From Candidatus Moanibacter tarae (lineage in GTDB: Bacteria; Verrucomicrobiota; Verrucomicrobiia; Opitutales; UBA2987): 64,000 nucleotides of DNA. The first letter of the stretch is position 1, and each line of letters starts with the position of its first letter. Position numbers and translations under genes: made by a program. Below the pieces are notes generated by a model. That model had not been told where the DNA came from. It was given only the letters and a program-made list of their open reading frames with translations, and did no database searches. Below, piece by piece: positions 58,030 through 64,000 of this stretch. The stretch covers positions 166,226 to 230,225 of the forward strand of contig CP029803.1 of the NCBI GenBank assembly GCA_003226295.1. The letters are read 5' to 3'.

Positions 58030-59073
58030 CTAGGAGTTGGGTAACACATTCCTATTGTAGGCAAAGAGGGCAGGAGTGCCACCGGTGTGAACGAACACCA
58101 CAGTGTCGTTTGCGGAGAGTCTCCCTTTTCTGATGTGGTCGATTAGTCCAGCTAGGGCTTTGGAGGAATAAAGTGGATCGAGGACAATGCCTTCAGTTTG
58201 TGCCATTAGACTGAGAGCTTCCAATCCTTCTGGGGAAGGTTCTCCGTAAGTTGCGCCAATGTAATTGCTTATGTTAGTGAAGTGTTGCGTTTCCAAATTC
58301 GGAGTTAGATTTAACTTTTTCGCTGCTGAGTTTGCATTGCGTGTGAGAATCACTGCATGGTCTTCCTCCCACTGAATCGGAGCGATCCCTGTTATTTGCC
58401 AAGAAAGGCCTAGTAGTTTTGTCCCCAGTACCATTCCTGCTTGAGTTGCTCCGGCGCTAGAACAGTAGATGTGATTAGGCTCGATGTCTTCAGAATCTGT
58501 TTGGTGACTAAGTTCCAGAATGAAATCAACGTAGGCTAGGGGAGCAAAAGACTCATTGATTTCCTTGGTGATAACGAAGGGAGTTTCCCCGTCTTCTCGC
58601 AGCTGTTCACCCAGCTGTATCTTGGCCTCTTCCATCTTCTCACCCAGGGGAGCGTCAGCCAGGTGGATTTCGGCGCCAAGGAGATGATCCAAAAGTAAGT
58701 TTCCCTGAATTTCAGTGGTGACATCATATTTGTGAAGAACCAGATGAGCTGTTAGCCCTAGCTTGGCTGCTGCCGCAGCCAGTTGCCGGCAATGGTTAGA
58801 CTGTTCAGCTGCACCTTGAATCACGCAATTGGCTCCAGTTCGGATAGCCTCTCCCAGTACATACTCGAGAATTCGGGTTTTGTTTCCCCCGAATGCTAAC
58901 CCCGTGCAGTCCTCCCGTTTGATAAGGATGCGCGGTCCACCCAATTCTTCCGTCAGTCGCGGGCACAGTTCTAAGGGTGTTGGTAGATGCGCTAATGAAA
59001 CGCGAGAGACCTTGTTGAGGCGTTGTCTTAGTTCATTTGGTGTCAAATTCGGAGTCAGGTCTTTGTAATCCAT
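58030..59073 (-). CDS. PLP-dependent enzyme of the ACC deaminase/D-cysteine desulfhydrase family
   Basis: It has LPTPLE, KREDCTGLAFGGNKTR and HTGG. The ORF is open to 59142, but the ATG at 59073 (MDYKDL...) fits the family N-terminus better. Confidence 0.8.
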   Translation of the reverse strand: MDYKDLTPNLTPNELRQRLNKVSRVSLAHLPTPLELCPRLTEELGGPRILIKREDCTGLAFGGNKTRILEYVLGEAIRTGANCVIQGAAEQSNHCRQLAAAAAKLGLTAHLVLHKYDVTTEIQGNLLLDHLLGAEIHLADAPLGEKMEEAKIQLGEQLREDGETPFVITKEINESFAPLAYVDFILELSHQTDSEDIEPNHIYCSSAGATQAGMVLGTKLLGLSWQITGIAPIQWEEDHAVILTRNANSAAKKLNLTPNLETQHFTNISNYIGATYGEPSPEGLEALSLMAQTEGIVLDPLYSSKALAGLIDHIRKGRLSANDTVVFVHTGGTPALFAYNRNVLPNS

Positions 59074-59421
59074 TTTGGAGTTCAGTTTTATAGGTTGGGA
59101 GCAGTCGTATTCAATGAAGACACTATGTCCATTATGGAGCACATCTTTATTTCCGGGCGCAAGTCACAGGTCAGTCCGAGGGAGTGAAATAAGCCTTATT
59201 GGGGTTCGAATCTTCAATTCCAAACTCGATTATTGTTGGGTCACACGAATATTCCAGTCTGGTTAAGAAGTCTCTGAACTAGATGTGATATACGTAGAGG
59301 TAAGCACTCGGATGGGCTTGCGACAGCCCTCCTCCATGACAGTATAGATCTCGGCATCGCATCCTTAAAAAGTCAGAGAACATTTCTACTTTAGCTGTTC
59401 TCTTTGCATTTTTCATGGATT

Positions 59422-60918
59422 TTAATCGGTCGGATCAAGATAATCCATACCTGCTAAAAGCGGCCACCGGATCGAGTCGGGTGGTTGTACGTGGCGGCCC
59501 CATTGGCCAAGAATCCGCTGGTCTTGCCTTTGCGCTGCCATCTGCAACTTGACCCACTCGGGATCCCAATCTTGCAATACAAGCTCGAGGAGTTCGTCTC
59601 GGATTTTCTGGCTTTGTAGATCCCCGGCTCGATCGTCCCTTTCCTGGGGATCCTCGTCCAGATTGAATAGCTGACAGGGCATCCCGTGGTAGTAGTTGAG
59701 CTTCCAGGGCCCTCGGCGAATCATCCGCTGAATCACCCCATCTTCGGAGAACGGTCCCCCTGAGCCTGCGGAATCGAGGCAGAACTCTGAAAAGGCCACA
59801 TCCTCCCAGTCGGCGCTAGGATCACTTAATATTGGTAATAGGCTTCGTCCGCGAGAGTTCGGTAAAGGAGGGCCTTCCAATGCATCGATCATGGTGGCGT
59901 TGAGGTCGAGCGAGCTGACGACACGCTCACAACGAACCCCTTTGGGTAGGCGTCCAGGCCAAGAAAGGATTGCTGGAACCTTAACGGAATCCTCATAGAA
60001 AGTCTGTTTCCACCATAAGCCATGTTCGCCAACCTGTTCGCCATGGTCGGACATGTATAGGATGAGCGTGTTCTCAGCCAGATTATTGCGGTGCAACGCT
60101 TCGAGAATTTCTCCGATCATGAAGTCCATTCGGGTGACCAAAGCCCAGTAGGCGGTTCGGGCCCGGAGAATTTCTTCTTCGGTGACCTCAACCGTTTCAG
60201 TGGCTTTCCGCCACTGCGCAATATACGGATGTAATTTCTCCGAGAATGGTTCAGCAGTTCGGGGCAAGGACATTCTCCCCTCGTAAATCGCGTAATCCTC
60301 GCGGCGCGCAACAAAGGGCTGGTGGGGTAACATAAAGCCAACCGATACCGAGAACGGTTCGTCTCCAATCCCAGATCTTTTCTTAACGCCCAAACGATTT
60401 AGATAATTAACCGTGGCGGCAGTAACGTCTTCGTCATGAACCTGATAAGAGCTTTGTCCAGGACCGGAATTTATAAGACTTACCCGTGATGGACCTGCGC
60501 AACCTTCGAGCGCACCTCGGTTAACTCCTCCCCCGCTGCCTGCTTGATTAGGTCCGTGATCCCCCACCAGGCGATCGGCATAGCCATGAAGCTGATCCGG
60601 GCCTAAGGAGTGCATACGTCCAATAAGCATAGGACGATATCCGGCAGCTCCCATGGCGTGGGCGAAGGTGGGGATTCCCGAACTTAGGATCTGACTGTTT
60701 GTCCAAACACGATTTTCATAAGGATGCCTTCCGGTTAGCATTGACATGCGAGAAGGGACGCAGATGGGCGATGGACAGTATACGTTATCGAGGACCACGC
60801 CATTCTCAGAGAGGGAGTCCAGGTGAGGTGTCTCAACTATCGGATCACCATAGCAGCCTGTCACAAAAGGGCTGTGTTGGTCGGAATGGATATATAGAAG
60901 ATTAGGTTGATCGGACAT
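59422..60918 (-). CDS. Formylglycine-dependent sulfatase, with no evident signal peptide
   Basis: 498 aa. It has LLYIHSDQHS and the CVPSRMSMLTGR (C-x-P-S-R) maturation motif. The N-terminus starts directly with the catalytic core. Confidence 0.9.
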   Translation of the reverse strand: MSDQPNLLYIHSDQHSPFVTGCYGDPIVETPHLDSLSENGVVLDNVYCPSPICVPSRMSMLTGRHPYENRVWTNSQILSSGIPTFAHAMGAAGYRPMLIGRMHSLGPDQLHGYADRLVGDHGPNQAGSGGGVNRGALEGCAGPSRVSLINSGPGQSSYQVHDEDVTAATVNYLNRLGVKKRSGIGDEPFSVSVGFMLPHQPFVARREDYAIYEGRMSLPRTAEPFSEKLHPYIAQWRKATETVEVTEEEILRARTAYWALVTRMDFMIGEILEALHRNNLAENTLILYMSDHGEQVGEHGLWWKQTFYEDSVKVPAILSWPGRLPKGVRCERVVSSLDLNATMIDALEGPPLPNSRGRSLLPILSDPSADWEDVAFSEFCLDSAGSGGPFSEDGVIQRMIRRGPWKLNYYHGMPCQLFNLDEDPQERDDRAGDLQSQKIRDELLELVLQDWDPEWVKLQMAAQRQDQRILGQWGRHVQPPDSIRWPLLAGMDYLDPTD

Positions 60919-61368
60919 TGTTGTTTACGGATTGTTAATAATGGCTTCGAAAAGAACTTACCCTGATATTCTGATTGGAGTAGAGTCAACAATTCTGCTC
61001 CTTAGCAGAAGGGAGATTATTGGGATGAAACAATCGTCTGCGTTGTATTTATTTCTTATCGCTTTTTGTTTTATCCTAAGGATTTGGATTTCAGGAACTA
61101 AATATGGAAACAAGATTGCCACCTTTGTACCCACGATCCATGTCATGTGGTAGAATGTCAACGAGGAGATCCGGTTCATTTTGGGTTGTAACCTGGACCA
61201 CAGAGTCTGAGGTTGGTCATTGATCTTTAGGGTCTACTATCCCAATTAGAGTTGTCTTGGGGAGACTTGGTAGAACTTTAAGGAGAGTACAACAGAAAAA
61301 ATTGCTATCGGAAATAGATCAAAGGGTCTGGATTCGAAGAAAGACTGGACCATCAAAATTGCACTAGA

Positions 61369-62565
61369 ATGAGCATTTATCGTGACTTTGGCCTCGAGCC
61401 TATAATCAATGCTTCTGGGGGAGTGACGCGGCTCGGGGGAGCCCCCATGCCAGAAAAAGTTTTGGAGGCTTTCCACTCAGCGGCAGAGGATTGGGTCCCC
61501 TTGGAGCAGCTACAAGGCTTTGCTTCCCTTCGAATTGCTGAGGCTACGGGGACGGATTCGGGTCTAGTGGTTACCGGGGCGGCAGGTGCTTTGACCATGG
61601 GAACAGCCGCTATTCTAGCAGGACATGATATTGCCCGTATGGATGCGTTGCCGCATTCTCGAGGGTTTCCCAATCAGTTTCTAATTTCAAGAGACCAACG
61701 AAGTGGATATGACCATGCTGTTCGGGCGGCAGGCGCTGAATTAGTTGACGTCGGTTACAACGAAATAATATCGGGGGCTGGTGTCCGGCGTACCGAGCCA
61801 GTTGATTACGCTGTGGGGGTGACATCAGAAACAGCTGGAATTCTTTATGTTGTTTCACCGCATTCGCACCCGCCTCTTGAGACAGTCGTTGAAATTGGGA
61901 AAAAGCATCATCTCCCTGTCCTAGTGGATGCAGCTGGGGAATTGCCGCCACGTGAGAATTTAACTGCAATTCCTGGAAGTGGCGCTGATTTGGTTGCATT
62001 CAGTGGAGGGAAGTCAATTAGGGGTCCGCAGTCGACCGGATTACTATGTGGCCGTAGGGATCTAATTTCCTCAGCCGCCCTACAAATGCTCGATATGGAC
62101 GAACATTTGGAATTGTGGGATCCTCCGGATGAGTTGATTGATAGAGGGAATATTCAGGGCCTTCCCCGGCATGGGATTGGGCGGTCTCTCAAAGTTTCAA
62201 AGGAGGAGATTGTTGCGTTCCTTACGGCTTTGGATTTATTCGTGGGTGGTGCCTATGATCATGTAGATCGGTTTGAAGACCTATTAAAAACTGTTTCTGT
62301 CGGTCTTTCTTCAACTCTGGCGACAATGCGAATAAACAGAGGCCGGCACTCCGAATCTATACCACTGCTTGAAGTTACAATAGATGAATTAGCTTTAAGC
62401 AAGTCTGCTACTGAAGTTTGTTGGAGGTTACGAAAGGGATCGCCCCCAATTTACGTTGGGCACGGCTACCTGGCCCAAGGCAAACTGATTATCAACCCGC
62501 TCTGTATTAAGGAGAGGGATGTGGAATTTTTGATTAGTAGGCTGATGGAGGAATTAACGGTTTGA
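61369..62565 (+). CDS. SelA-like PLP enzyme (SelA paralog of the D-glucosaminate-6-phosphate ammonia-lyase type), not Sec machinery
   Basis: 398 aa. It has PIINASGGVTRLGG and the Lys block FSGGKSIRGPQSTG. It lacks the SelA N-terminal tRNA-binding domain. Confidence 0.7.
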   Translation: MSIYRDFGLEPIINASGGVTRLGGAPMPEKVLEAFHSAAEDWVPLEQLQGFASLRIAEATGTDSGLVVTGAAGALTMGTAAILAGHDIARMDALPHSRGFPNQFLISRDQRSGYDHAVRAAGAELVDVGYNEIISGAGVRRTEPVDYAVGVTSETAGILYVVSPHSHPPLETVVEIGKKHHLPVLVDAAGELPPRENLTAIPGSGADLVAFSGGKSIRGPQSTGLLCGRRDLISSAALQMLDMDEHLELWDPPDELIDRGNIQGLPRHGIGRSLKVSKEEIVAFLTALDLFVGGAYDHVDRFEDLLKTVSVGLSSTLATMRINRGRHSESIPLLEVTIDELALSKSATEVCWRLRKGSPPIYVGHGYLAQGKLIINPLCIKERDVEFLISRLMEELTV

Positions 62566-62677
62566 TTAGTCTACGATATTCTTCCCGGCGTAGTGGTTAG
62601 AAAAGATGGACAGACAGAGCGTGGGTAATAGTAGTGAATGCCTAGAAAAACGCCAAGCTATGGGATAGGAGAGAAAA

Positions 62678-63547
62678 ATGGAGAAGGTTTTACCTGAAGA
62701 AGAAATTGGGTTTATGAACTTGGATAAAACGGACTTTGCTTCCATGAGTCGACCGGAGCAGATTCGTCATTTGGAAGTAGAGGGTTATGTTGCCTTCCCG
62801 GAGATTCTCAGTTCCGAGTTGATTGGACGAATGAAAGAGGAACTGGCTGAAATTGAGATGGGTTACGCAGACTACAGTATCAACCAATCTCGTGCGAAGG
62901 TTCAACCCCAGTGGGCTAGTCAGGCCGTAGGGGAATTAATTGGGTATCGCCCAATTATGGATTTTCTCATTGATCTAATGGGACCTGATATTGTTTTCAC
63001 TCGGGGATTTTATCAACGCACGCAACCGGGTTGTCCAGGTATCTCGATTCATACTGATGGGCAACCTCATGGGTCTAATCTATTTGGGTATGAGGGAAGC
63101 TGTCCGCGACTCATAAGAGTGTTATACTATCTTGATGAGTTAACTCCGGAACGAGCTCCTTTTCGCCTGATCCCTCGTTCCCATCTTTCATTTCATGCCG
63201 ATGCAAGCCCCTATGTTCGCTACAAGTCGCATCCGGAAGAAATCACTATTGTGGCGCCGGCAGGCACCGCCGTGGTGGTTCCATCGATGCTACTGCACGG
63301 TAGTCATCCAAACAAAGACTCTAAGCCTCGTGAGCTGGTACAGCTAGGATATCGTCCCAGTTGGGCGGGTCCGATCCAACCGGTTGACGAGTGGGACCCG
63401 CGACTTGTTGAGATGGCGCCGAAGGTCTCTCGACCCTTCCTTAAAAGTTTAAACACAACTGGTGCGGAATGGGTCCAACCTCATAAACCGAAGGGCATGA
63501 AAAGAGCCGCGCCAGGAATTAATCCGAGCCGGTGGGATAATCTATAA
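62678..63547 (+). CDS. Phytanoyl-CoA dioxygenase (PhyH) family oxygenase
   Basis: 289 aa. It has IHTD (HxD) and the distal LLHGSHPN. Confidence 0.75.
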   Translation: MEKVLPEEEIGFMNLDKTDFASMSRPEQIRHLEVEGYVAFPEILSSELIGRMKEELAEIEMGYADYSINQSRAKVQPQWASQAVGELIGYRPIMDFLIDLMGPDIVFTRGFYQRTQPGCPGISIHTDGQPHGSNLFGYEGSCPRLIRVLYYLDELTPERAPFRLIPRSHLSFHADASPYVRYKSHPEEITIVAPAGTAVVVPSMLLHGSHPNKDSKPRELVQLGYRPSWAGPIQPVDEWDPRLVEMAPKVSRPFLKSLNTTGAEWVQPHKPKGMKRAAPGINPSRWDNL

Positions 63548-63635
63548 TTTGAATCCGGATATCGAGGAAATGGATCCTTCCACATCTCGCCGAAAATATT
63601 GGGAATGTGACGGTGGAGGGTTTCAGGACCAGAAT

Positions 63636-64000
63636 TCACTCCAATCCTACTGAACCATCCGAATTGAAGATGATAGGACGGTCGTAAGGCTTAAAGGGGT
63701 AGTCCTTAGCAGCTTCTTCTTCGATATCGATCCCGAGGCCTGGGACATTTGGCAGGACTAGGAAACCATTTGTTATTTTCGGTCCTCCAATAAATACATC
63801 ACGATAGCAAGAGCTCTCCATCTGAAGGGTGTTATTAAACTCTTGAATGAGAAAATTATTAATAGCAGCAGCGATGTGGGCGCAAACCATGAGGGAGACC
63901 GGACCTTGAGCCTGATGGGGGGCAACCAGGAGATCGAACATTTCAGCCATGGCAGCAAGTTTCAGGGTTTCCGTAATTCCTCCATTGGCAGTGGGTTCAG
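63636..64000 (-). CDS. Enolase-superfamily enzyme, C-terminal part; the 5' end lies beyond the right window edge
   Basis: The frame stays open upstream of the listed Met (…EPTANGGITETLKLAAMAEMFDLLVAPH…). The C-terminal barrel blocks are typical of mandelate racemase-like enzymes. Confidence 0.7.
   Translation of the reverse strand, partial: EPTANGGITETLKLAAMAEMFDLLVAPHQAQGPVSLMVCAHIAAAINNFLIQEFNNTLQMESSCYRDVFIGGPKITNGFLVLPNVPGLGIDIEEEAAKDYPFKPYDRPIIFNSDGSVGLE

Noticed and set aside
59165-59215. An SRP-RNA-like string (caggtcagtccgagggag) and a tRNA T-loop-like GGTTCGAATC in the sulfatase/PLP-enzyme intergenic region
   Set aside because: There is no complementary closing helix, no GGAA tetraloop, and no acceptor or anticodon arms. 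I judge these to be chance similarities. A 45-codon minus-strand ORF here (59279..59416, MKNAKRTAKVEMFSDF...) has no recognisable features either.
60932-61179. Overlapping 73-aa ORFs on both strands in the sulfatase/SelA-like divergent intergenic region
   Set aside because: The region is an AT-rich promoter region, and the two ORFs are mutually antisense with no motifs. An internal 42-aa hydrophobic peptide (MKQSSALYLFLIAF...) cannot be supported.
61369-62565. A second SelA as duplicate Sec machinery
   Set aside because: It lacks the SelA N-terminal domain and sits among sugar-acid catabolic genes. This fits the SelA-like ammonia-lyase paralog family rather than Sec synthesis.
1-64000. A search for CRISPR arrays, IS elements, integrases, toxin-antitoxin pairs and known defence-system genes
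   Set aside because: None was recognised by eye. The only tRNA, tRNA-Sec, shows no flanking integrase or direct repeats.

Overview
This is a chromosomal window of roughly 47-48% GC by eye. I found no rRNA, CRISPR array, transposase, integrase or phage genes. Gene content (sulfatase, UVR-motif protein, many sugar-acid enzymes) suggests a marine PVC/Verrucomicrobiota-like bacterium, but that is inference only. I support about 55 protein genes. Housekeeping genes include recQ, a DEAD-box helicase, gluQ, ptsH, ruvX, truA, accD, folC, guaB and dcd. Transport genes include a partial SulP permease, an ABC exporter, a TonB-dependent receptor and an SSS symporter. The stand-out is a compact selenocysteine-decoding locus at 33.7-40.1 kb. 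It has selA-selB on the minus strand and a divergent selD fused to an N-terminal flavoprotein disulfide-oxidoreductase domain. It also has two features the ORF track cannot show. One is a 97-nt tRNA-Sec with a UCA anticodon (39708..39804, minus). The other, directly upstream of it, is a 76-codon SelW/Rdx-like selenoprotein gene (39840..40070, minus) with an in-frame UGA in a C-x-x-U motif and a SECIS-like hairpin. A perfect 14-bp hairpin bridges this gene's stop codon and the first base of the tRNA, which suggests an mRNA-tRNA co-transcript. Immediately downstream are CoxM/CoxS-like FAD and 2Fe-2S subunits with no molybdopterin large subunit, then a GG-terminated MoaD/CysO-like carrier and an azurin. 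An all-minus-strand block at 43.9-52.5 kb looks like an uncharacterised inositol/aminocyclitol-type pathway. It holds inositol-phosphate synthase, an NTP-transferase, a DegT aminotransferase, NAT, a PhyH dioxygenase and others. The 52.8-64 kb region looks like a cytoplasmic catabolic island for sulfated or amino sugar acids. All functional calls rest on motif recognition in the translations. No database search was run.
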